From Squalus acanthias (taxonomy: Eukaryota): 64,000 bases of DNA. Below, one piece after another: positions 23,928 to 35,746 of the stretch. Position 1 is the first letter of the stretch; every line of letters starts with the position of its first letter. The position numbers and the translations under genes were made by a program. Below the pieces are notes generated by a model that worked only from the letters and a program-made list of their open reading frames with translations, was not told the origin of the DNA and searched no databases. Location of the stretch: contig CM059431.1 of the NCBI GenBank assembly GCA_030390025.1, forward strand, positions 112,842,001 through 112,906,000. The letters are read 5' to 3'.

Positions 23928-24290
23928 AGGCTGACACTTCAGTGCAGTACTGAGGGAGTTCTGCACTGTCAGAGGTGCCGTCTTTTAGATGAGACATTAA
24001 ACCGAGGCTCTGTCTGCCCTCTCAGGTGGACGTAAAAGATCCCATGGCACTATTTTGAAGAGCAGAGGAATTCTCCCCGATGTTCTGGCCAATATTTATC
24101 CCTCAACCAACATTACTAAAAACAGATTATCTGGTCATTATCTCATTCTTGTTTGCTCTGCGCAAATTGGCTGCCGTATTTCCTACATTACAACAGTGAC
24201 TACACTTCAAAAGTACTTAATTGGCTGTAAAGTGCTTTGGGACGTCATGAGGTCAGAAAGGCGCTATAGAAATGCAAGTTCTTTCTTTCT
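23928..24290 (+). mobile_element. Deu-domain SINE, 5'-truncated
   Basis: Reverse-complement homologue of 13462-13868; tail AAGGCGCTATAGAAATGCAAGTTC(TTTC)n. Confidence 0.9.
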
Positions 24291-25152
24291 GGTGCTTTTC
24301 CTTCTCCAGGTGCAGCCTATGTATTACTTGCTTGAATTGGCAAATACCCCACAGGTACACATTTGTTAATAAGGATGTTGGGTTGCACCATACCTGCTAA
24401 AAGTGACAACTATGCAAATCTGTGAGTTGCATGCGGTCCATTGCCCACTTATTAGCAAATAGGAATGAGCTTGGGGCAAGTCGATGATAAAACCAGTCAT
24501 AGCTCCGGGAGCCTGCACTACATCTATCCATGGACTGCAGGTGGGGACATGACGAGAGTGTTTGTGGTTGTGTGCCCTATTGTCTGCAGTTGCACCAGTT
24601 CTCATCTAGGGAATTTGTGTGGCATGAAGTATGTTAGGTGAAGGACGCTTAACTGGCCCTTTTCATTCTGCTGCAAGTAAAAATTGCATGGGTCACCCTC
24701 CATTCCTCGCTTCAGTCCCAAGAGTTATATAAGCTTTTGGTGTTTTCTGCTGTCATGGAGGACACTATGCAATATATATGCAGTTCTAATTGGATCAGAT
24801 AAGGCTGAAGTTTGGAGATTGTGACAGGATTCTAGAGAGAGCATATTAAATCTTGTTGCTCAGTGGAACACAACAATCTACTGGAAGGTCATGAGATGGT
24901 CCTTGCAGACCAGCTTGCCTACTTCAGTGCTACCATTTTCATGCCATCACCTGAAGCTGCTTGCAGCAAATTCTCTGAGTAGATTGCTCTGCACCACAGT
25001 GGGAAGGCGGCCTCAAGTGCACCGCCACTATAATGTTTCAGTAAGGTGTTTTTGCTTGTCTTGTCTAAGCACCCATGAAGGAGAGGCTGTGTAGGGGCAC
25101 TTCTGAGCAGTACTTGCCTCAATGCTCAGCCACAGCTTATGTAGAGAAGACT

Positions 25153-25445
25153 CAAGAACATAAGAAATAGGAGCAAGAGTAGGCCATTCGGCCCTTCGAG
25201 CCTGCTCTGCCATTCAATAAGATCATGGCTGATAATCGACCTCAACTCCACCTTCCTGCACTATCCCCATATCCCTTGATTCACTTAGTATCCAAAAATC
25301 TATCGATCTCAGTCTTGAATATACTCAACAACTGAGCATCTACAGCACTCTGGGGTAGAGAATTCCAAAGATTCACAACCCTTTGAGTGAAGAAATTCCT
25401 CCTCATCTCTGTCCTAAATGGTCGACGCCTTATTCTGAGACTTGT
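25153..25445 (-). mobile_element. CR1 3' end
   Basis: Reverse complement of the CR1 tail seen at 41095-41190. Confidence 0.9.
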
Positions 25446-25769
25446 TCCAGACAGTCATTGCCTGGATTTGAATTGAACAGTGGTAGGGTTTGAAATGAGG
25501 GAGCCTTTCTGTTTTAGTCGTTGAAACCGCTGCAAGTCTATGCTTGGTCACACATACATTTTCTGGCGGGGCAGGAACCCTGACTGATTTTTATTTTCTC
25601 CCTCCAAATCCCAGGAATGCTGAGGTTAATTGTCGCACTCCAACTTCTGCCCCAGCTATGATCAACTAAATCAGCACGGGCCAGGGATTGTATTTATAGC
25701 CGTCCAGGTCCGTATGGCTGACTGTCATATCCATGTACAGCAGTGCATTTACCAATATATAAAATATAT

Positions 25770-25990
25770 AAAAACAGAAAATGCTGGAAATACTCAGCAG
25801 ATCAGGCAGCATCTGTGGCGAGAGAAACAGAGTTAACGTTTCAGGTTGATGACCCAGTTCTGATGAACGGCCATCGACCTGAAACGTTAACTCTGTTTCT
25901 CTCTCCACAGATGCTGCCTGACCTGCTGAGTGTTTCCAGCATTTTCTGTTTTCATTTCAGATTTCCAGCGTCGGCAGTATTTTGCTCTTG
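25770..25990. mobile_element. Penelope-like terminal repeats in inverted (hairpin) arrangement
   Basis: About 84-bp inverted arms (25770-25854 and ~25869-25952) with a hammerhead core at the centre. Confidence 0.8.
25856..25892 (+). ncRNA. Minimal type I hammerhead ribozyme motif
   Basis: AGTT-CTGATGA-(stem II)-GAAA-CG-TT-AACT; stem I AGTT/AACT; palindromic stem III. Confidence 0.7.
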
Positions 25991-27873
25991 TTGAGCTGAT
26001 TGGGAGCTAGAATAAACCGTTGATGAATCAAACAATGCCTCTTGTTGACATATCATTATACTTCAGATAGTTGATCATTAACATGCTTTGTTATTGTCGG
26101 TAGAACCTATTCAACAATAGTCTCAGATATTTGCATTGTTTAGTAACATTTCAATATATGACGAGTTACTCTACAACAATTAAACCAATAATTATAATTT
26201 AGGTAGTGAATCAACAACTGTTTGTAAATTTGCTGAACAAGAATGAGTAATGTTTATACATCTGCACAAAATGTAAATGAACATTACTCACTTGATTTCA
26301 TCCAAACTGTTGCTTCCTAGCTCTTGTCCTTTGCACTGCAATAGTTAAAGCGCAGAAAGGTTTAATGTGATCTAAAAGAGACTTTTTTTGTTTATTTCAA
26401 TGTATCATGAATGCGATCTTAATATAGTCGGTGGAAAGATGGGAGATGCCAGCTCCCTGAGACAAGAAACTGAATTAAATGTGACTTGGCCCAGGGGGAG
26501 TTGATGTCTGCCTCTAAAAGCATCGGTGACAAGCTTCTTTACCAAGCCCGTTAAAAAATGATTTTAAAAACAACTCATTATTTTGCAGATAAATAATTAT
26601 GCTAAAATATATTTATACCATTCTTCGGGAAGAAGGGAAAAAATGTATTCACTGCCAAGGTAAAATGGATGACATTCCAACATTATTATTAACAGAATGA
26701 CAACCCGAGCAGCATTTCATCATTGAGTGCATGGGGGATGGGAATCACCCTGGCTTTCTGTGAATGATTGAAAAAATAATCATCTTTCAGCTGTACAGAG
26801 ACTGTCACTTTAGCAGAAGATAACTGTTGGTCACAGCAAGAACAGTAGATTTTATAACGCAAAGCACACCATGAATTGGTAGCAGTTTGGCAGCAGTAGA
26901 AGAATCCCATGTGATATATGCTGCAACGGCTTTTATTTCTGTCTCTGTTATTTCCATAAGAGCCACCGTGGCTTGTCTGAAGCGGCTCTGAAGTTGGAAT
27001 TCAGCTGCATGTTGTATCTGCTGGCTCAGTCCCACTACGACAAAGGAAACTGCACCATACACAATAATCGCGGGTTTTAGTGTTTTTCTTCCAGTGGCAC
27101 TAACTGATTTTCTGAGCCTATTACCAGTCGTTGTGATTCGCAATGTGTACATTGTGTGAAATTTAATGCTGTATTTTTATTTTGCAGGACTGTAAGTAAA
27201 ATTATTATTTTATTGCTTTCTTATGGATTTCTCCTTACCTTAGTGTCCAGAAATGCCACTTAATATTTTTAGAAATTTGGCGTGAGAAGCTATTTTGGCC
27301 CCATTTCACTTTGAGACAAAATCAAAACAAAAAGATTAAGAACTGGAATTACTGCTTGTGACATTAGTGTACAGATGCTTAACATCTGTATGACACGCCT
27401 CTGTCCACTATTTTAATGGAAGCATTAACCTGTTTATTTTAATTAGGTTAGACCTTTGGTTAAATTAATGAGCAATATTTATACACCAATATTGCAAACA
27501 AGGTCTAGGCTATAGCCCCCCAGCTAGCCTCCAACTTTAATTTTCTTCAACAGTGAAATAACTGCAGTGTATAAAGAAATAACTCCTAAAATGAATTGAA
27601 CAGTTCCCCCTAACCTTTTAGTTTAACATTTTCTTTTCTCCTTGTATCATGGGAATGGGAAAGTACACATTGTCCTTTCATTATGTGCACAAGGGTTTGA
27701 ATCCACTCAAATTTTTGGGATGAACATTATTTCCCATTGTAAGCTGTAAAGGACATATGTGAAATGGGGTTGGCCAGTATGAATCCAATTCCTTGTAGAA
27801 GTAGGCCTACAACACAGATCGATGGTCAATGGATAATATCATTAAAGCTTTGGCAATTCTGTATCTCTTTACT

Positions 27874-27915
27874 TCACCTGAGGAAGGGGCGATCGATAGC
27901 TCCGAAAGCTTGTGA
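27874..27915 (+). ncRNA. Minimal hammerhead ribozyme motif in a second Penelope-like terminus (to ~27961)
   Basis: TCAC-CTGAGGA-A-GGGGC(loop)GCTCC-GAAA-GC-TT-GTGA followed by AATAAA. Confidence 0.75.
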
Positions 27916-27964
27916 TTTCAAATAAAACTGTTGGACTATAACCTGGTGTTGTGCGACTTCTCAT

Positions 27965-28320
27965 CATTAAAGAAAGCAGGGGTTTTGATAGAGTACATAG
28001 GGAGAAACTGTTTCCACTGGCAGGAAGGTCGGTAACCAGAGGACACAGATTTAAGAAAAAAAAGAACCAGAGGGGAGATGACTTGAGGAGAATTTTTTCA
28101 GCGAGTTGTTATGATCCGAAATGCACTCTGAAAGGGCGGTGGAAGCAGATTCCATAGTAATTTTCAAAAGGGAATTGGATAATTACTTGAAAAGGAAAAC
28201 ATTGCAGGGCTATGGGGAAAGAGCAGGGGAGTGGGACTAATTGGAGAGCTCTTTCAAAGAGCCGGTACAGGCACGATGGGCCGAATGGCCCCTTTCTGTA
28301 CTGTACGATTCTATGATTCT
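27965..28320 (+). mobile_element. CR1 3' end
   Basis: GFDRV..EKLFPL..TRGHRFK; (GATTCTAT)n tail. Confidence 0.9.
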
Positions 28321-29049
28321 AAAGCCTCTGATTAAAGACCCAGGAAATATCATGGACTTGCCATGAGAGGAATTATGGCTGCAAACCTACATCTTGCACC
28401 CAAAAATAATAATAAAATGACACCAGCAGTGCCACAACGCTGGAGAGCATGCTGTCAGCCATGACCATGCTCGTATCCACACTCATACCCATGTGACCAT
28501 TGTGGGGGGAAAAAAAAATAACCCTGGGGCCAAGCAATGGCCTCAGGCGCCCAGGTATTGATTATGATGATGTGAAGTGCTTGAAGTAGCTAACTGAGAA
28601 AATAACTTGCTCCCCCTCCACAAACATCATGGTCTAGTCTGCGTGAAGCATTATGTCAGTAGCAATTGTGTCATACAGGACAGCAATTGCAGGGCTCTGC
28701 GAGTTCACGTGATTCGCACTCACTGAATGTTGTCATTAAGTTGCTGTTGGGCTTCTGAGCTGGCATTGTGCTGTAGCGCATAAAACAGTGTGTTAGGCTT
28801 ATTCTGCATGTCAATTCTGGGATGATTACTAGTTAAGGGGAAGCCTGCAACATTTTGTCCATCACACCTGCCATGCATTAATCTCACCCGTAAAGAATGA
28901 CTTTTAGTGCTCAGGCAGGTTCTCACATGTCGGAAATCAGAAGCTTTTTTTGACGGTTTTACGCAGTGAGAATGTTCACAGCAGTGGGAGTTGTTTTCAG
29001 TGCTCTCTGTCATTTGATTTAGTGGAGGAAGAAAGAAGGGCTGCGAAAG

Positions 29050-29700
29050 ATGTCAGGTCATAACAGAGACATATTTTTCACTGTGGCTGCGATGCTACCC
29101 CTTGCATCTACAGGTCCAGGCACAACTACATGATGATAACTGGAGAGCACTGCCTCTGGAAGCTCTATTTTACCAGGGAGGCATTAACTGAACACTATCA
29201 TCTGCTTCAAGAAGACCTGCTGATAACCTCAAACATGAGCATGGTACTCTCAGTGGCCATCAAGGTGACCATGACCCTTAATTATTATGCTTCTGGTTCC
29301 TACCAAACTTGTGCAGGGCACATCAGCAGTATCCGGCAATTTGCTGTCCATAGATACATCAAGCAGTTTACGAATACTTTGTTCAGCCTTCATCTCCTTT
29401 CTCATTGTTCAGCAACAGCAACATGACAGGGCAGATGAATTTCAGCAGGACCAAAAGTACCGGGGAGATTCAGTGACATTCATGTGGTCATTTCGACATT
29501 GTCTGATAATCTATATGAACAGAAAGGAGCTCTATTTCATCATTGTGTACCTGGCCACTGATCACCACGAAGCAATCGTGCAGGCCAATGCCTGCTTCTC
29601 ATGTAACAGCTCCAATACTTCCATTTTTCAGCAAGAAACTGTGCCAAGTTTATTTGAAAGTGAAGGGACACTGGAAAGATGCCATTTCCTGGGGCCACCA
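29050..29700 (+). pseudogene. Harbinger DDE transposase (HARBI1-like) remnant
   Basis: LSVAIKVTMTLNYYASGSYQ...ISSIRQFAVHRYIKQFTNTLF; YMNRK..YF motif downstream; multiple lesions. Confidence 0.82.
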
Positions 29701-30799
29701 TGTGGAAGGTGGCAGTAGGCCCTGAGAAGTGGTGGTAAAGGCTGAGTTTCCCCAAAGGAGAAAGAGGCCTCCACTCCCTCCAGTCAGCCCCATAGACTTA
29801 CCTGCTGAAGCGTTGAGGCTCTCAGTGAGTCTTTATTTTGGATCTTTGGAGCGCTTCTTTCCCCTTAAGGTCCTTCACTGGATCTACTGATGCTGCAGCA
29901 ACGAGGAAAATATTCCCAAAAGTCTCTAGACAATGTTCAAATACAAATTAATCAATTTATCGCCTTACTTTGTGTCATGTGTGAAAGATGTAAGTGAGCT
30001 TTTCCACAGTTCTTCTCCTTAATGCTGATCTGTTGATTACTCCACCTAACCCCTAACCTAGGATTTCTTCTAAGTGATTCCTCTGCGGAAAGAGTAAATG
30101 TGCTGGCTGGCTGTCGGCTTTCAGTGGCCACTGGTTGGGAATCAGGTGGTCATGAACCTCCTTGTGCTGGTTCATCAGGTGGCCTTGCAATTGTTTCAGC
30201 CACATCTGCTGCTTTGATTGACTGACTCTGCCTGCTTTCTACCATATTTACTGTTAGATGCACGAGGATGCTGGATGGGCCAGATATGGCGTTGGATAAG
30301 AAATAGCAACCTCATCCTAGCTTACCTCAGGCATACCCCTGCACTTGCTGGCAATTTTGGATAATCTGTATGGGAGCAGAACCTCTGGGTAGCAATGAAG
30401 TCTGAATCCATTATGGCAGCAATATGAGCATTCATGAGAAATGCTACAACTGAGCTGAGAACCTGTGCCACTGAGGGCTCTGTTGCAGATGCACCTGGAT
30501 TCCCATGAGCTCCAGGGTAAACTGCACTGCAGACAACCCACTGCACTGTTGTGACTGTGTTTTCCACACTCTTAGTCAGACCTTGGAAGATATTTTGCAC
30601 TGACTGACATGATTGCTGTGGATGTTCCTGCTCTGATACCAGTCTCCTATAAGCAGGTTTTCTTGCTTAGGAATAGTTTTCAAGTCAATAAATCAGTAAA
30701 TGGGCTATAATAGCTGTCGCTGAAGAAATCATAATTTCCATTTAAGTTGTTTTGATGCTGTGCTCACTTATAACACCAAACAGTATTTCAAATCCAAAC

Positions 30800-31354
30800 T
30801 ATTGAAAGGGTGGTGAAAGCAGATTCAATAGTAACTTTCCAAAGAGAATTAGATATATACAGGAAACTCTCTTTTAACCGGCACCCAAATAACCGGAAAT
30901 CTCTCTTAACCGGCAAAATTCTTGAGTAGGTAACCGGGGTTTTCCTTCAACTCTCCTTTAAAAATAACTTTGAAAAAAACCCCGAGGCGTTTGCCTTGTA
31001 TCGGAGCGTGTAGATTGGGAGGGGAATGTGCAGCCCGGGTAGGCAGCGGACACGACAGATGGTCAGCTGGCGGTCCCCGGGGAGACGGAGCTCCGAATGC
31101 AGGCGCATGTCAGTGTGTACGGGGCTCTCATACGTTGGGAGATATAACTCTCCGTTATCCGGACTTTTTGATTAACCGGCACCACGCCGGTCCCGTCGGT
31201 GCCGGTTAATAAAGAGTTTCCTGTATTTGAAAAGGAAACATTTTCAGGGCTATGGGGTAACGAGCAGGGGAGTGGGGCAAATTGGATAGCTCTTTCAAAG
31301 AGCCGATGCAGGCATGATGGGCTGAATAGCCTTTTTCTTGCTGTAAGATTCTAT
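30800..31354 (+). mobile_element. CR1 3' tail interrupted by two MITEs (tail repeat resumes at 32112)
   Basis: Homologous to 28130-28320 once the inserts are removed. Confidence 0.85.
30860..31223. mobile_element. Tc1/mariner (pogo/Tigger-like) MITE, 364 bp
   Basis: About 26-bp TIR CAGGAAACTCT..TTAACCGGCACC, TA TSD on both sides. Confidence 0.9.
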
Positions 31355-32111
31355 GGGGGTGAAATTGGGTGCCTTTGCACCTCCCGTTAGCACCCCCGGG
31401 GGGCGCTAATGGGGCGCAAATGGCTTTGCGACCAGGCACGGCGCTGACATCGAGTCCCGCCATATTCGGCGGGAGTTTTGCGGTGGCGCTACGGCGTTGT
31501 GTCCCGATTTCGTTCACCTGGATATCGTGACGTCATCGCCGTGCGCATCGCCCTGGTAGCACCCCGGACCCAAAATTGACTTCCACCCCCTGCATCAGCA
31601 CCGGTCGAAAACACCGACAGCTACAGGAGGCGTGCATCGGGCAGCCGGCTGCTTCGGGGGCGATGATTAAAGGCGAGGTGGCCGAGGTAAGTAAAAAAAA
31701 TCTTACCTTTCCTGTTCTAGTTTTTTTCGTGGGTTCCTGCCCGCGATCGATCAGCGATCAGACCCACTCTGCTTGAGTGCCGGGCTGATCGCGCGGGATC
31801 GCGGCTGCTTTGGTGGTCCAGGTAGGTACTTTTTAAATTGCAGAGCCTGCAGCGATGGCCCTTCCCTTTAAGGGAGGGAAGGAGCCTTTGAACGCGGCAG
31901 CGCTGCACGGCCCAGTGAGCAGCGCTGCTGAAGTCTCCGCCCCGCTCTCCGACGTTAGCACCCTAATAAGGAAGATTGATTTAGCGCTCCACTTCCCTCT
32001 GGGGCGCTAAAACTCAATTTTGCGGTCACCGGCGCTAATTAGCGCTGGGCGTTAAAGTTAGCGCCCTGGTGATGTTAGCACCCCAAAATGGTCGATACCG
32101 AATTTTTCCCC
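31355..32111. mobile_element. Harbinger MITE (AGCGC/GCGCT-rich family)
   Basis: TIRs GGGGGTGAAATTGGG / CCGAATTTTTCCCC, TAT TSD; related copies at 44939 and 46421. Confidence 0.85.
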
Positions 32112-32434
32112 TATGATTCTATTCTCAGTGAAAAATTACAGAATGCAGAAAAAGGGGCAGAATCCAAAATTAAGGAAATATAGAATTCCATGCTGGCAAA
32201 GAGCTTGCTTACCGGCTGTGTTAAATAACTATAACATTTGTTCAGAGTTTTCCATTCGATGTCTCCCAACAAAAAAACTTAAGGAGAAAAGTTATTAATG
32301 GCATTTCTGTAATGACTAACAATTGATGTGGAATTGAACCAGGACTATATGTTGGTTGTGACGTAATGGGAAAATATGAGCAAACTAGTCTACATTTATA
32401 AACGATAGTGTACGATCTATTTAAAAAAAAAATG

Positions 32435-35400
32435 TTTTATTCGTTTATGGGATGTGGGCGTCGCTGGCAAGTCCTGCATTTATTGGCCATCCCTAATTGC
32501 TCTTGAGAAGGTGGTGGTGAGCTGCCTTCTTGAACCGCTGCAGTCCGTGCGGTGAAGTTACTCCCACAGTACTGTTACGGAGTGAGTTCCAGGATTTTGA
32601 CCCAGCGACGATGAAGGATCGGCGATATACCTCCAAGTCAGGATGGTGTGTGACTTGGAGCGGAACTTGGAGATGGTGGTGTTCCCATGCGCCTGCTGCC
32701 CTTGTCCTTCTAGGTGGTAGAGGTCACGGGTTTGGAGATGCTTCCGAAGAAGCCTTGGAGAGTTGCTGCAGTGCATCTTGTAGATGGTACACACTGCAGC
32801 CACAGTACGCCGGTGGTGGAGGGAGTGAATGTTTAAGGTGGTGGATGGGGTGCCAATCAAGTGGGCTGCTTTGTCTTGGATGGTGTCGAGCTTCTTGAGT
32901 GTTGTTGGAGCTGCACTCATCCAGGCAAGTGGAGAGTATTCCATCACACTCCTTACTTGTGCCTTGTAGATGGTGGAAAGGCTTTGGGGAGTCAGAAGGT
33001 GTGACACTCGCCACAGAATACCCAGCCTCTGACCTGCTCTTGTTGCCACAGTATTTATGTGGCTGGTCCAGTTAAGTTTCTGGTCAATGGTGACCCCTCA
33101 GGATGTTGATGATGGTGGATTCGGCTATTGTAATGCCATTGAATGTCAAGGGGCATTGGCTAGACTCTCGCTTGTTGGAGACACTCATTGCCTGGCACTT
33201 CTGTGGCACGAATGTTACTTGCAACTTATCAGCCCAAGCCTGAATGTCATCCAGGTCTTGCTGCATGCGGGCATGGACTGCTTCATTATCTGAGCAGTTG
33301 CGAATGGTGCTGAACACTGTGCAGTCATCAGCAAACATCCCCACTTCTGACCTTATAATGGAGGGAAGGTCATTGATGAAGCAGCTGAAGATGGTTGGGC
33401 CTAGGGCACTGCCCTGAGGAACTCCTGCAGCGATGTCCTGGGGCTATGATGATTGACCTCCAACAACCACAACCATCTTCCTTTGTGCTAGGTATGACTC
33501 CAGCCAGTGGAGAGTTTTTCCCCTGATTCCCATTGACTTCAGTTTTACTTGGGCTCCTTGGTGCCACACTTGGTCAAATGTTGCCTTGATGTCAAGGGCA
33601 GTCACTCTCACCTCACCTCTGGAATTCAGCTCTTTTGTCCATGTTTGGACCAAGGCTGTAATGAGGTCTGGAGCCGAGTGGTCCTGCCGGAACCCAAACT
33701 GAGCAGCGGTGAGCAGGCTATTGGTGAGTAAGTGCCGCTTGATAGCACTGTTGACAACACCTTCTATCACATTGCTGATGATTGAGAGTAGACTGATGGG
33801 GTGGTAATTGCCGGATTGGATTTGTCCTGCTTTTTGTGGACAGGACATACATGGGCAGTTTTCCACATTGTCGGATAGATGCCAGTATTGTAGCTGTACT
33901 GGAACAGCTTGGCTAGAGGCGCGGCTAGTTCTGGAGCACAAGTCTTCAGCACAACAGCTGGGATGTTGTCGGGGCCAATAGCCTTTGCTGTATCCACAGC
34001 GCTCAGCCATTTCTTGACATCACGTGGAGTGAATCGAATTGGCTGAAGACTGGCTTCTGTGATGGTGGGGACCTCAGGAGGAGGCCGATATGGATCATCC
34101 ACTCGGCACTTCAGCCTTGTCTTTTGCGCTCACGTGTTGGGCTCCGCCATCATTGAGGATGGGAATATTCATGGAGCCTCTTCCTCCCGTTAGTTGTTTA
34201 ATGGTCCACCACCATTCACGACTGGATGTGGCACGACTGCAGTGCTTTGATCTGATCCGTTGATTGTGCGATCGCTTAGCTCTGTCTATAGCATGCTGCT
34301 TCTGCTGTTTAGCATGCATGTGGTCCTGTGTTGCAGCTTCCCCAGGTTGGTACCTCATTTTTATGTACACCTGATGCTGCTCCTGGTATGCTCTTCTACA
34401 CTCCTCATTGAACCGGGGTTGGTCCCCTGGCTTGATGATAATGATAGAGTGAGGGATATGCCAAGACATGAGGTTACAGATTGTGGTGGAATACAATTTT
34501 GCTGCTGCTGATGGCCCACAGCGCCTCATGGATGCCCAGTTTTGAGCTGCTAGATCTGTTCTGAATCTATCCCATTTAGCACGGTGGTAGTGCCACACAA
34601 CACGATGGCGAGTATCCTCAGTGTGAAGATGGGACTTCGTCTCCACAATGGCTGTGCGGTGGTCACTGCTACCAATGCTGTCATGGACAGATGCATCTGC
34701 GATAGGTAGATTGGTGAGGACGAGGTCAAGTAGGTTTTTCCCTCGTGTTGGTTCTCTCACCACCTGCCGCAGGCCCAATCTGACAGCTGTGTTCTTCAGG
34801 ACTCGGCCAGTAGTGGTACTACCGAGCCACTCTTGGTGATGGACATTGAAGTCCCCCATCCAGAGTACATTCTGTGCCCTTGCTACTCTCACTGCTTCTT
34901 CCAAGTGGTGGTCAACATGGAGGAGTACTGATTCATCAGCTGAAGGAGGGCGGTAGGTGGTAATCAGCAGGAGGTTTCCTTGCCCATGCTTGACCTGAAG
35001 CCATCAGACTTCTGGGGTCCAGAGTCAATGTTGAGGACTCCCAGGGCCACTCCGTCCCAACTGTGTACTACTGTGCCACCACCTCTGGTTCATGTATCCT
35101 GTCGGTGGGTCAGGACATACCCAGGGATGGTAATGGAGGAGTCTGGGACATTGGCTGAAAGGTATGATTCTGTGAGTATGACTATGTCAGGTTGTTGCTT
35201 GACTAGTCTGTGGGACAGCTCTCCCAATTTTGGCACAAGTCCCCAGATATTCGTGAAGAGGACTTTGCAGGGTCGACTGGGCTGGGTGTGCCGTTGTCAT
35301 GTCCGTAGCCAGTGCCGAGGTCGATGCCGGGTGGTCCGTCCAGTTTTATTCTTATTATTGTTTTTCATAGTGGTTTGTACAACTGAGTGGCTTGCTAGGC

Positions 35401-35701
35401 CATTTCAGAGGGCAGTTAAGAGTCAACCACATTGCTGAGGGTCTGGAGTCACATAGGCCAGACCAGGTAAGGACAGCAGATTTCCTTCCCTAAAGGACAT
35501 TAGTGATCCAGATGGAGTTTTACGACAATCTGATAGTTTCATGGTCAGCGTTACTAATACTAGCTTTTTATTCCAGATTTATTGAATTAACTGAATTTAA
35601 ATTCCCCAGCTGCCGTGGTGGGATTTGAATTCACATCTCGGGATCATTAGTCCAGGCCTCTGGATTACTAGTCCAGTAACATAACCACTATGCTACTGTT
35701 C
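32435..35701 (-). mobile_element. Full-length single-ORF non-LTR retrotransposon (CR1/L2-group APE-RT) with tRNA-derived 5' end
   Basis: Degenerate ORF from ATG 35368 to TAG 32493: NIWGL..PDIVILTES, YRPP, GDFNVH, LDLVLTN..SDH, GPDNIP, QFGFR, DIKATFD.VWH, GVPQGS.LGP, FADD; ~330-nt 5' UTR starting with a tRNA-like head; ~55-nt 3' UTR and A-rich end. Confidence 0.93.
35612..35701 (-). promoter_or_regulatory. tRNA-derived head with Pol III type 2 promoter boxes
   Basis: A box TAGCATAGTGG (35695-35685); anticodon arm CTGGA-CTAGTAA-TCCAG (35676-35660, AGT/Thr-like); B-box-like GAATTCAAATCC (35632-35621, one mismatch to GTTCRANNC). Confidence 0.8.
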
Positions 35702-35746
35702 ACATGCAAGTAAAAATACCTGCTTAACACACCCAATCGTAATGTA

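Noticed and set aside
26805..27152. 115-aa minus-strand ORF in unique sequence
   Set aside because: No recognisable motif or splice context; length compatible with chance
29050..29700. Domesticated HARBI1 or NAIF1/MSANTD host genes
   Set aside because: All copies carry stops and frameshifts, and several lie within TIR/TSD-bounded elements
35612..35701. Functional tRNA-Thr gene
   Set aside because: Extra sequence between the anticodon and T arms, no clear acceptor stem, no terminator; embedded in a retroelement
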